NCBI GenBank assembly: GCA_021818905.1 | Contig: JAKASS010000004.1 | Location: forward strand, 25-64,024 | DNA length: 64,000 bases | From: Nanobdellota archaeon | GTDB lineage: Archaea; Nanobdellota; Nanobdellia; Parvarchaeales; Parvarchaeaceae | Direction: 5' to 3' | Shown: positions 39,698 through 48,287 of the stretch, one piece after another | Layout of the letters: every line of letters begins with the position of its first letter | Position numbering within the stretch: the stretch's first letter is position 1 | Position numbers and translations under genes: made by a program | The notes under the pieces: generated by a model | What the model saw: only the letters and a program-made list of their open reading frames with translations | What the model was told of the DNA's origin: nothing | Database searches by the model: none

Positions 39698-40639
39698 TCA
39701 GATCTTCAACAACGAGTTATACAACAGCAGCTTCAGGGTCATCTCGTTCTTCACCTTCTTCCATACGCGGGAAGAAGCGTGGCTCCCGTATACCCGTTTG
39801 AAGGCGGAGAAGAACGATTCAATCAGCCATCTTCTGCCGTATCCGACCTTCTCCTTCCATTTCTTCTGGTAGTAGCGCATCACTTCACGTTCATTGAAGA
39901 GTACGGTGCCATCGGTGACGGGAGGATGCTTCCTCTCAAGATGACCGTGGGGAAGCAGGCTGAACTGCTCCATCACCGCCTTCTTCCTAGGAAGACAGCC
40001 CGGGGCGGTGGGAGAGGCGGTCTGTCTTATCTTTATCCCGGACCGTATGCCGTGCTTATCAAGGAATGAAAAGTTATCCTTCGCATCGTAGGCTCCGTCG
40101 GCGTAGACGGTATCGCCCCTTCTTGCGGCTTCCCTGATCATGGCAAGGGACTTCCTGTTGTCGGCCACGTGCTCGGAAGTCAGCCTAAAGTCCACGATCT
40201 CCATCTCCTCCACGTCTATCATCGCGTGCAGCTTGTGGAACTTAGGCTTGGAACCATACCTGGAATCCCTATATCCTCCGCGATCGGAGACGGATATCCC
40301 CGTGGCGTCTATGGCGAGGAGCCTGCCTTTCCTTTCGCTTTTGGTGACCGTCCATTCGAGTCTTATCGTGGATAACCTTCTGTCTATAGTGGTATGGTCG
40401 GGAGAATAGCCATACATCCTTCTCACTAAAGCTTCGGTCTGCCTTAGCTTTGGGCAGAAACAGGACCTGAAGAAGCTTATCGCCATTATCAGGTCGTCCG
40501 AATAAAGGAAAGGCCTTCCTTCCTTTCCTTTATTCATCACGGTAAGTCTTTGCGGTTCTTTATGCAAAACGCGATCTATTTTAGCTATCACCGTCTCAGA
40601 TCTTCGTTGGAGGCTGTCCTTCTTTTCCATGTTTTTCAC
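39698..40639 (-). CDS. Second IS5-like DDE transposase (distinct from IS-A transposase)
   Basis: 313 aa. 'AIDATGISVSDRGGY', 'VYADGAYD' and 'RWLIESFFSAFKRVYG' are DDE blocks. Higher GC than flanking chromosome. Confidence 0.65.
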   Translation of the reverse strand: MKNMEKKDSLQRRSETVIAKIDRVLHKEPQRLTVMNKGKEGRPFLYSDDLIMAISFFRSCFCPKLRQTEALVRRMYGYSPDHTTIDRRLSTIRLEWTVTKSERKGRLLAIDATGISVSDRGGYRDSRYGSKPKFHKLHAMIDVEEMEIVDFRLTSEHVADNRKSLAMIREAARRGDTVYADGAYDAKDNFSFLDKHGIRSGIKIRQTASPTAPGCLPRKKAVMEQFSLLPHGHLERKHPPVTDGTVLFNEREVMRYYQKKWKEKVGYGRRWLIESFFSAFKRVYGSHASSRVWKKVKNEMTLKLLLYNSLLKI

Positions 40640-40811
40640 CTGGTTTGAAGGATCTCCTCCACAAAGATCCTTTTTTTAGCTTGTTAGAAGCCATATCCTT
40701 GTAGATACGGCTATTCTATTAATGAGTTATGCAACCGAATACGAAGCGATAAAAGCTTTATATATTAGTTCACTTCATAGGAACAATTAAACTAAGGAGG
40801 TTTAACGAATT

Positions 40812-41561
40812 ATGGAAAATGAAAAAAAGGGCAAAAAAGGATTGTCGCAGATACTGTTTGGAATACCAAGAAAAGAAGTGGTAAACGGCTATAAATTCTT
40901 ATCTCAAGACATGAGAAGCCGGTATGGCGATCGCCCACGATGGTCGCTGGGCGTTCCGCTCACTTATGACGGCAAAATCAGACCCTGCAGTAGCGGTTTC
41001 CACGCTTCGCTGGATCTGTATTCAGCCTATAGAAATTCTCCGATAGGGGACCGTCTTTTCGAGGTGGAAGCGCGCGGAGTCGTCGAAGGCAAAGACGGTC
41101 TGTTCGCAGCCCGCGAAATGACACTCGTGAGAGAGATCGATTTGGAAAGCTTGTCGATAGACTACGCCATAAATTGCGCTAAGCACGTCCTTCGTCACTA
41201 TGAGGAAATATATCCGGGAGACGATCGACCGAGAAAAGCGATAGAAGCCGCGGAGAACTATCTGAATAGTCCTTCCGAAAAGAACCGGTCTGCTGCTAGG
41301 TCTGCTGATTGGTCTGCTGAGTCTGCTGCTGAGTCTGCTGCTAGGTCTGCTGATTGGTCTGCTTGGTCTGCTGCTAGGTCTGCTGATTGGTCTGCTTGGT
41401 CTGCTGCTAGGTCTGCTGATTGGTCTGATTGGTCTGCTTGGTCTGTTGCTAAGTCTGCTGCTAAGTCTGCTGCTGAGTCTGCTGGGTGGTTTAATAATGG
41501 GTTTTCTGAAGAGGAAAAATGGCAGAAGAAGTTGCTTGAAGAGTTAGTAAAGAAATACTGA
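40812..41561 (+). CDS. Tandem-repeat protein (N-terminal ~150-aa domain + 33-nt/11-aa repeats 'SAARSADWSAW'), cargo of IR-bounded element
   Basis: 249-aa ORF. Good RBS 'taaggagg' 9 nt upstream. The nucleotide repeat 'tctgctgctaggtctgctgattggtctgcttgg' occurs ~3.5 times at 41290-41470. Confidence 0.5.
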   Translation: MENEKKGKKGLSQILFGIPRKEVVNGYKFLSQDMRSRYGDRPRWSLGVPLTYDGKIRPCSSGFHASLDLYSAYRNSPIGDRLFEVEARGVVEGKDGLFAAREMTLVREIDLESLSIDYAINCAKHVLRHYEEIYPGDDRPRKAIEAAENYLNSPSEKNRSAARSADWSAESAAESAARSADWSAWSAARSADWSAWSAARSADWSDWSAWSVAKSAAKSAAESAGWFNNGFSEEEKWQKKLLEELVKKY

Positions 41562-41777
41562 CGAAAAAGCGTCTGCTCTATAAAGGGATGCGCACGATCC
41601 GCCGGGCGCAAGGTCGGGCTGATCGCAGCCATGATCATCACGACTACGCCGCCGATGATTTTGTGATCCAGATATGTGAGCGCGGAAAATAAACGCCAGA
41701 TATTCATCGAAAGCGGATTTCTACAGAGCCAAGGGTTATAAAAGATTTAAATAGGAGTAAAAATAAAAAGAAGAGAT

Positions 41778-41975
41778 ATGAGAACGCCCAGATATGGAGT
41801 CGGAGTAAGGAAAAGACTGGACGAAGTACACAAACAAAGAAGCCAAAAATACCAATGCCCTAGATGCAAGAAACTTACGATGAAAAGAGTTTACAGCGGC
41901 GTTTGGAAGTGCAACAAATGCGGCCTAGAGGTAGCTGACAATGCTTACTCTATGTCGATAAAAACAATAAGGTAG
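41778..41975 (+). CDS. rpl37ae: Ribosomal protein L37Ae (eL43)
   Basis: 65 aa. C4 zinc ribbon 'CPRCKK...CNKCG' with a basic N-terminus, as in L37Ae. Confidence 0.85.
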   Translation: MRTPRYGVGVRKRLDEVHKQRSQKYQCPRCKKLTMKRVYSGVWKCNKCGLEVADNAYSMSIKTIR

Positions 41976-41981
41976 GATGTT

Positions 41982-42122
41982 ATGACAAAATACAAATGTT
42001 TTTCGTGCGGCGCTTCGGTGGATTCCACCGAATTAAGGGAGTTGATAAGGTGCCCATATTGCGGGGGCCGAGTGTTGATAAAGAAACGTCCAGAAGGCGG
42101 GCATCATGTCAAAGCAAGATGA
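41982..42122 (+). CDS. rpoP: DNA-directed RNA polymerase subunit P (RpoP/Rpb12 homolog)
   Basis: 46 aa 'MTKYKCFSCGASVDSTELRELIRCPYCGGRVLIKKRPEGGHHVKAR', not in the ORF track. CxxC...CxxC spacing and its position after L37Ae match the conserved archaeal L37ae-rpoP arrangement. Confidence 0.65.
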   Translation: MTKYKCFSCGASVDSTELRELIRCPYCGGRVLIKKRPEGGHHVKAR

Positions 42123-42357
42123 AGGGTGCGGCATCCAGTTGACGCTGGAGGTAAAACCGAGTTCTGGTTCTTTGAAAAGCTTTGAAAACGCCTTGTCTGA
42201 CAATCTACGTTCTAGCGAACGGGTCACAGTAGATACAAAAAGCGCGGATGGAAATTTATATATATCGATAAAAGCTAAAGATACTAACATATTGCGTTCT
42301 GTTGTAAACAACTATCTGAACGCGATAAAGATGTTAGAGGATACGGATAAATTATGA
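42106..42357 (+). CDS. pcc1: KEOPS complex subunit Pcc1
   Basis: 83 aa. 'ISIKAKDTNILRSVVNNYLNAIKMLED' resembles the archaeal Pcc1 C-terminal helix ('IKATDSSALRGTVNSYLRWIKAAIDV'). Conserved position between rpoP and prefoldin beta. Confidence 0.55.
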   Translation: MSKQDEGCGIQLTLEVKPSSGSLKSFENALSDNLRSSERVTVDTKSADGNLYISIKAKDTNILRSVVNNYLNAIKMLEDTDKL

Positions 42358-42665
42358 ACGAAGAGGATTACGAGACTTTAAGGCAGCAATTGCAAGTCGA
42401 GATGACCCAGAAGCAGACTTTGCAGCTTCAATACAACGAGCTTAAAAGGACGCTCGACGACGTGGAAAAATCTGGCGAGGATGAGAAGCTTTTCGAGATG
42501 GTCGGCAGTATCCTCGTAAGCAAAAACAAGAAAGAGATCTCTTCTAACTTCAAGGAAAAGATGGAGATACTCGAATTCCGGCTTAAAACGGTATCGAAAT
42601 CCGTCGATGAAACGACAAAGAGACTTCAAGAAGCCCAAAAGTCGCTCGAAAAGAAGCATATCTGA
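42354..42665 (+). CDS. pfdB: Prefoldin beta subunit
   Basis: 103 aa with coiled-coil N- and C-terminal segments and a central beta hairpin ('FEMVGSILVSKNKKEI'). Conserved synteny with L37ae/rpoP/pcc1. Confidence 0.7.
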   Translation: MNEEDYETLRQQLQVEMTQKQTLQLQYNELKRTLDDVEKSGEDEKLFEMVGSILVSKNKKEISSNFKEKMEILEFRLKTVSKSVDETTKRLQEAQKSLEKKHI

Positions 42666-42714
42666 TTTGGGCCGTAAACAAATGTTTTTATTGCCGCAGT
42701 CTTATTGATAGCAA

Positions 42715-43281
42715 ATGGCCGACGAACCGGTAGAGATATACGATAAAAACAACGAGCCGCTCGGCATCACAAAATTAAAGAGTGAAGCCCATAGGACTGG
42801 TTTGTGGCATCGTGCTGCGCATGTATGGATTTACAACGATAGGGGAGAACTGCTCATGCAGAAGAGAGCAAAAACAAAGGATCTTTTCCCGGATAGATAC
42901 GATATTTCCGCTGCTGGACATGTAACTGCGGGGGAGGACCCGATATCTACAGCACTAAGGGAGACAAAGGAAGAGATAGGCATCGACATAAAAAAGGAGG
43001 ACCTGCGATTATTGGGTATAAGAAAAACGCAGATCATTTTTGAACGGATACGCAACAACGAATTCTGCTATGTGTACATTCTAAGACTAAATTTGGATCT
43101 TAAATCCCTAAAGTTGCAAAAAGAAGAAGTGTCTGGGGTTAAAATGTTTAAGATAGACAAATTAACAGAAGACTTAAAGGCGCACCCAGACATGTTCGTG
43201 CCGCACGCCTATTTGAATGATTTGATGGCAGAAGTGCGTAGACTTACAAGAACGGGCGATATGCCGCTTAAAACATATTAA
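42715..43281 (+). CDS. NUDIX hydrolase
   Basis: 188 aa. 'GHVTAGEDPISTALRETKEEIGI' is a Nudix box (GX5EX7REUXEEXGU). Confidence 0.8.
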   Translation: MADEPVEIYDKNNEPLGITKLKSEAHRTGLWHRAAHVWIYNDRGELLMQKRAKTKDLFPDRYDISAAGHVTAGEDPISTALRETKEEIGIDIKKEDLRLLGIRKTQIIFERIRNNEFCYVYILRLNLDLKSLKLQKEEVSGVKMFKIDKLTEDLKAHPDMFVPHAYLNDLMAEVRRLTRTGDMPLKTY

Positions 43282-43789
43282 TCAGCCAGATGTCTAAAGA
43301 TTTCTTGTACGATCATATGACACACAAAGAAAAGCTTTTTCGGGAGAAACTTAGAATATTGTACTCCGAATTAAGAATTGTGCAGCGCGCGATGGACAAG
43401 TATGGCGGCCTAGTATTCCAGATACGCGGCTAGGAAATATCTGTATGGTCTGCACTTATGGCGATAGCACTTGAATCCGACAGACTTCAGATAATTCTCC
43501 TTGCCGTGCTTGCGCCGTTTATGTTCTGGGCATTTGACAGCTTGCACCGTTCAGTCCTTCTAAAAGTCTATTGTAAGTCCATCGGCATAGATCCAACTGT
43601 CTTTGCGGTCCTATCCCCACGGTCTTATTCGGGTATGATCTGGATCTGTAATTACGCATATCTTTTCGATATTCTATAGTTATATTATAAACCATAAATA
43701 ACTATAGCTTTTCATCCCCCATCTTCCGAAAGGGGGATTCTCGGCGATACTAGTTAAATGCTTTTATTGTCTCTAGTTATAATAATCCT

Positions 43790-44752
43790 ATGTTCGATGT
43801 TGTTACCCTGGGTTCCGCGACTAAAGATATATTCCTATTCACAAAGAACAGCAGTTTAAAGCCAGGAATAAACAAACATTTTCTTGAGATACCTCTTGAC
43901 AAGAAAATAGAGGTGGAAAAAACTTTAGAATTTAGCGGCGGCAGCGCGACAAATGCAGCTGCGACTTTCGTAGGCTTCGGAAAAAAAGCCGCGGCGATTG
44001 CAAAGATAGGAAATGATCAAAACGGCATCTTTGTTATTAACGACCTGCAAAAATTAGGCGTTTCTTCTGAGTACATAGTAAGGGGCGATGGAGAAACTCC
44101 TTTTTCAAATATCGTCGTATCAGGGAATGGTCACATGATATTGTTTATTTACCGTGGTGTCGAAAAAACGCTAAAAACCGACGAATTAAAACTAGACTTC
44201 AAAACAAAGTGGTTGTATATCGGTCCGCTTGGCGGAGAAAGCTACAAGATACTACCAGACGTAATAAAATATGCAAAAGAAAACGAGATTAGGGTGGCTT
44301 TTAACCCGGGTTCGAACGAGCTTAACTTGAAGCTGAAGAAAATGGAGCCGATACTAAAAGATATTGACATAATAAGCATGAATGACGAAGAGGCGAGAAG
44401 CTTTGTAGGTTACGGAAATGACGTAAAAAATCTTATAAAACTTGGCAATTCCGTAAAAGGCACTGCTATAATCACGCGTGGAGAAAGGGGCTCTCTCGTA
44501 CTCAATGAAAGGCAAATCTATGACGCCGATGCTTTCAAGGTAAAACAGATAAACTTTGTTGGGGCCGGAGATGCTTTCTTGTCCGGTTTTGTAAATGCGC
44601 TCATCGATGACAAGGACATACAAGATGCGATAACGCTTGGAAGTTATAACGCTAGCGGCGTCGTAAAACATTACGGGGCGAAAAGAGGGATAGTAAATGA
44701 ATACCCAAAACAAAAATTAAAAATCGGGAGGACTGAATATGGAAAAAAATAA
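43790..44752 (+). CDS. PfkB/ribokinase-family carbohydrate kinase (possible archaeal phosphofructokinase or related sugar kinase)
   Basis: 320 aa. 'FVGAGDAFLSGFV' is the PfkB C-terminal signature, with an N-terminal Gly-rich motif. It sits in a cluster with FBA, a ROK kinase and TIM. Confidence 0.7.
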   Translation: MFDVVTLGSATKDIFLFTKNSSLKPGINKHFLEIPLDKKIEVEKTLEFSGGSATNAAATFVGFGKKAAAIAKIGNDQNGIFVINDLQKLGVSSEYIVRGDGETPFSNIVVSGNGHMILFIYRGVEKTLKTDELKLDFKTKWLYIGPLGGESYKILPDVIKYAKENEIRVAFNPGSNELNLKLKKMEPILKDIDIISMNDEEARSFVGYGNDVKNLIKLGNSVKGTAIITRGERGSLVLNERQIYDADAFKVKQINFVGAGDAFLSGFVNALIDDKDIQDAITLGSYNASGVVKHYGAKRGIVNEYPKQKLKIGRTEYGKK

Positions 44753-45476
44753 CTTTAAGACAGAAGGAATATACCTTGCATACGACCATGGGGTGGAACA
44801 CGGACCGGTTGAGTTCAATGAAAAGAGTGTTTCTCCTAATTATATAATAGACATAGCAAAAAGGGCGGAGGTAGACGCTCTTGTCCTTTTAAAAGGAACT
44901 GCAAGACATTACTATAAAAAAGGCATCGGGATTCCCCTGATAGTAAAACTCAATCAAAAAACTAGTTTGTACAATGGCGAGCCTTTCTCTAATCAAGTTT
45001 GCAGTGTAAAGGAAGCGATTGCTCTTGGGGCTTCCGCAGTAGGCTATACAGTTTATGCAGGGAGCAGATATGAACATCGTATGCTGAAAGAGTTTGGCAG
45101 GATAGAAGAAGAAGCCCATAAGTACGGGCTACCGGTGATAATGTGGTCTTATCCGCGCGGAGAATCGATAAAAGACGATCAGGCCCCAGAAGTCGTAGCA
45201 TATGCAGCAAGAATTGCGCTGGAAATGGGCGCGGACGTAGTCAAATTAAAATATCCAAATGATGAGTCGAAGCTGAGATGGGTCGTGGAGAGCGCAGGCT
45301 CAACTAAGGTGTTTCTTTCTGGTGGAAAGGCTGTAGACGACGACACTTTCGAAAATATGGTTGAAAATGTAACAAAGGCCGGCTTTAGCGGCATTGCAGT
45401 CGGCAGGAATGTATGGCAGAGCAATGACCCGATCAAAAGAATAAAGAAGATACGAGAGATAATTTCCTCGGCTTAA
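44739..45476 (+). CDS. fba: Class I fructose-bisphosphate aldolase, archaeal type (DhnA/FbaB family)
   Basis: 245 aa. The Schiff-base Lys region 'ADVVKLKYP' and overall DhnA-like pattern. Confidence 0.7.
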   Translation: MEKNNFKTEGIYLAYDHGVEHGPVEFNEKSVSPNYIIDIAKRAEVDALVLLKGTARHYYKKGIGIPLIVKLNQKTSLYNGEPFSNQVCSVKEAIALGASAVGYTVYAGSRYEHRMLKEFGRIEEEAHKYGLPVIMWSYPRGESIKDDQAPEVVAYAARIALEMGADVVKLKYPNDESKLRWVVESAGSTKVFLSGGKAVDDDTFENMVENVTKAGFSGIAVGRNVWQSNDPIKRIKKIREIISSA

Positions 45477-45484
45477 TATAATCT

Positions 45485-46327
45485 ATGAGCAAGAAAAAAG
45501 TCTGTATAGATGTGGGGGGCACAAAGACCATATTTGCTGTTCTTGATGAAAAACTAAACGCAGAAAACAGTGTATATGTAGATACTCCGAATACGCTTAA
45601 TGAATTCTTGGAAGTGCTAAATAAAAACCTAAAACTGTTCAAGTTAGACTCTGATACGGTAAATGTTTCTATAGCCGGCAGGGTGGACTACGGCGGGAAA
45701 GTTATTTTCTGCCCAAATCTGCCGCTGAAGAACTTCAATTTAAAAAACGCGATTAAAAAATACTTTAAAAAAGTCTATATCGACAACGATGCTAATTGTT
45801 TTGCGCTGTACGAAATATTCAAAGGTTTCTTGAAAAACAAGAAAAATGGCATAGTCATAGTGTGGGGAACCGGAGTCGGGGGCTCATTAGTGTTAAATGG
45901 AAAAATATACCGCGGTTCTGGTCTCGCATCTGAAATGGGACATATAAAAACTATGACGGAACCAGAAACCGATACAGAAAGTTTAGTCGGGGGGCGCCGG
46001 CTTAAAGAACGTTTTGGATATTCCGGCGCGGAATTACAGGCTTTGGCGGAATCTGGCGACATATACGCAATTTCTAAATTCAAAAAGATAGGGGAGATAT
46101 TTGGCCGTTATCTTGCGTCTTTAACTTACCTACTCGATCCAGAGATAGTAATTATCGGTGGCAGTTTTGTAAAGTCTTGGAAATTCCTCGAGGATTCTAT
46201 TAATGGCGCAATAAAAACAGAGACTCTCAGAGGAAAGCTAGAAATAAAAACGGATAACGATAAATTCTATGTTATAAAAGGATGTTACTTCTTAGATGAA
46301 TATGCGAAGCTTGATAATAAATTATAA
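45485..46327 (+). CDS. ROK-family sugar kinase (glucokinase-like)
   Basis: 280 aa. N-terminal 'VCIDVGGTKTIFAV' ATPase motif and 'GTGVGGSLVLNGKIYRGSGLASEMGH' ROK signature. Confidence 0.7.
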   Translation: MSKKKVCIDVGGTKTIFAVLDEKLNAENSVYVDTPNTLNEFLEVLNKNLKLFKLDSDTVNVSIAGRVDYGGKVIFCPNLPLKNFNLKNAIKKYFKKVYIDNDANCFALYEIFKGFLKNKKNGIVIVWGTGVGGSLVLNGKIYRGSGLASEMGHIKTMTEPETDTESLVGGRRLKERFGYSGAELQALAESGDIYAISKFKKIGEIFGRYLASLTYLLDPEIVIIGGSFVKSWKFLEDSINGAIKTETLRGKLEIKTDNDKFYVIKGCYFLDEYAKLDNKL

Positions 46328-46955
46328 GGCGTACGCCGAAGGCATAGATAACGGCCTAGAGATAGCTGCCATCGCGAAAAAGACGTCAAAAAAGACGGGG
46401 GTCGACATAATAGTCGCGCCGCCACTGAGTTTATTGCCTAGCACTTCGCGCGTGGTAAAAAGTTTCTCTCAATCTATGGAAGCGCTTGAACCGGGGCCAT
46501 TTACGGGCCACATCACATGGTACGAAATACAGAAAAGTGGGGCGTCTGGTACGCTGATAAATCATTCAGAGAATAGAGTGAGCATCGAAGAAATAAGCAG
46601 GACGGTCAACGTATGCAGACGCGTCGGCCTACTTTCTGTCGTATGCATACAGAACATGGATGAAGCGGTGGCGATCGCCAGTTTAAATCCTGATTTTATC
46701 GCGTACGAACCACAGGAACTGATAGGCGGTAACATATCCGTTTCTACAGCCAAGCCAGAGACAGTGAGAGAGTTCTGTTCCTTCGTAAGAGCTAGGTCTA
46801 AATCTTCGCCCCTTATAGGCGCCGGGATAAAAACTTCTGTCGATGTGGCTAAAAGCGTAGAACTCGGAAGCGATGGGATACTAGTCGCATCTGGAGCGAT
46901 AAAAGCCGATGACCCGGCCAAGGCCATATTTGATTTAGCGCGACCTCTGTCTTAA
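46296..46955 (+). CDS. tpiA: Triosephosphate isomerase (short archaeal type)
   Basis: 219 aa. 'INYKAYAEG...' N-terminus, catalytic 'NHSENR' and 'GAGIKTSVD'. Confidence 0.85.
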   Translation: MNMRSLIINYKAYAEGIDNGLEIAAIAKKTSKKTGVDIIVAPPLSLLPSTSRVVKSFSQSMEALEPGPFTGHITWYEIQKSGASGTLINHSENRVSIEEISRTVNVCRRVGLLSVVCIQNMDEAVAIASLNPDFIAYEPQELIGGNISVSTAKPETVREFCSFVRARSKSSPLIGAGIKTSVDVAKSVELGSDGILVASGAIKADDPAKAIFDLARPLS

Positions 46956-47150
46956 TCCAAACCGTTTGCCCGAATAAAGCTGCAGATGTTTATTTAGTAC
47001 ACGGAGAACTTCCTCACAATCAAATCTAAAAACCAAATTAGAAGGCCTTGGATACGCAGACATCGGTCACGATAGTCGACGCACCTATGCCGTCTAGAAG
47101 CTTGATCCAGAACAGCGCCCAATCGTTTGCGTTGCCGTCTACATTAAAGG

Positions 47151-47181
47151 GGTGCTTACTTTAGAGGATTTCTACAGAGCC
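47151..47181. repeat. Solo right-end remnant of the IS-A family (31 bp identical to IS-A right terminus)
   Basis: 'ggtgcttactttagaggatttctacagagcc' equals 39578-39608. No transposase adjacent. Confidence 0.6.
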
Positions 47182-47260
47182 TTATATTTAGAAAACTGTT
47201 AAAATACCGACGTTTATATAATGTTAAAGTATTTAAACATATGTAAACTATATTTAACAT

Positions 47261-47785
47261 ATGTTAGATATAATTAACGACTTAGCCCCATTTTTTGAAG
47301 ACAATTATGCGCGTATAAACATAAGGCGCTACTCGCGACTCATGAAAATATCTCCGCCCACTGCGTCAAAATTATTGAAAGGATACGAGGGGGCAGGTTT
47401 ACTCGAGAGTTCGAAATATGAACGATATATCTTTTTTAACGCAAAGCGCGATAATAAAAATTTTATTGATCTTTCCAGGATATACTGGCGCAATAAACTC
47501 GAGGATTTAAGTTCATTTTTGATGGGCCGATCTATAATAGAGCCTGCAATAGTGCTTTTTGGCTCCCTCTCTAAAGCGGAGGTCAAAATCGATTCGGATA
47601 TAGATTTAGCGGTCATAGGCCTGAATAATGGGTCGGAGTCATTAAAAAATGCAGATCTTATGATATTTGAGAAGAAACTTGGTAGAAAAATAGAAATATT
47701 CGGGTTTAAATCGCTTGCGGACGCAAGTAAGCTTCCAATCTGGAAGGCGATACTAAATGGATATATGTTAAGAGGTTTAATGTAA
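47261..47785 (+). CDS. HTH + minimal nucleotidyltransferase (MNT-like) protein, putative TA/abortive-infection component
   Basis: 174 aa. N-terminal HTH 'MKISPPTASKLLKGYEGAGLL'. NTase motif 'FGSLSKAEVKIDSDIDLAVI' (GSx9-13DxD). Paralog of 57005-57607. Confidence 0.65.
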   Translation: MLDIINDLAPFFEDNYARINIRRYSRLMKISPPTASKLLKGYEGAGLLESSKYERYIFFNAKRDNKNFIDLSRIYWRNKLEDLSSFLMGRSIIEPAIVLFGSLSKAEVKIDSDIDLAVIGLNNGSESLKNADLMIFEKKLGRKIEIFGFKSLADASKLPIWKAILNGYMLRGLM

Positions 47786-47789
47786 AAAT

Positions 47790-48197
47790 ATGGATTGGAA
47801 GGAATGCTTTGATTCGGGCATGGTGAAAGAAGTAAAGCCAGACAAAGAGATGATAAATGCCCTCTTGTATTCAGCAGATAATAGGATGAAATCGGTCGAT
47901 ATGTTAGAGACAGACAATGTGACCGCAAATTCAAAACTTTCGTTAGCTTACGACGCGCTTAGGGAAGTGATAGAGGCGCTAGCGATCAAGCATGGATACA
48001 AGATATACAATCACGAATGTTATACATGTTTTCTTAGAGAAATATTAAAATATGATCCTGAAGCAGAGGAATTTGATACTTTAAGGAGAACTAGAAATAA
48101 AGTAAACTATTACGGAAAAGAACTTTCTGTCGATGAATCAAATCTTTTAATCAAGAAGATCAAAGCACTTAAGCTGTTTATCACTAAGAATTTATGA
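47790..48197 (+). CDS. HEPN-like partner protein
   Basis: 135 aa, 4 bp downstream of the NTase gene. 'RRTRNKVNYYG' resembles the HEPN Rx4-6H region with Y replacing H. Paralog 56542-57015 has 'RDLRIDAQYY'. Confidence 0.45.
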   Translation: MDWKECFDSGMVKEVKPDKEMINALLYSADNRMKSVDMLETDNVTANSKLSLAYDALREVIEALAIKHGYKIYNHECYTCFLREILKYDPEAEEFDTLRRTRNKVNYYGKELSVDESNLLIKKIKALKLFITKNL

Positions 48198-48287
48198 ATC
48201 CCGATAAAAAGTCCTAGTCCGCTCTCGATACATGATGACTGCTATGTCAATCGCGGTCTTTTAATGAGAGATCCTTAAATCGTCTAT

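Larger units (their letters stand above)
38643..41730. mobile_element. Composite ~3.1 kb transposable unit: IS-A + second transposase + repeat-protein cargo, bounded by the IS-A-type IRs and a 9-bp direct repeat AAGGGTTAT
   Basis: 'aagggttat' lies immediately left of the IR at 38643 and immediately right of the IR copy ending at 41730 ('ggatttctacagagcc|aagggttat'). No such duplication flanks 39608. Confidence 0.5.

Noticed and set aside
41290-41470. Short tandem repeats resembling a CRISPR-like or satellite array
   Set aside because: The 33-nt units are directly tandem with no spacers, sit inside a long ORF with RBS, and maintain reading frame. They are coding tandem repeats, not a CRISPR array.
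41258-41707. 149-aa antisense ORF overlapping the repeat protein
   Set aside because: It is open only because the repetitive GC-rich tract lacks stop codons on both strands. There is no start context and it is fully embedded antisense.
43458-43679. 73-aa hydrophobic ORF
   Set aside because: No RBS or conserved motif, and it sits in a region that looks noncoding. Kept only as part of the intergenic finding.
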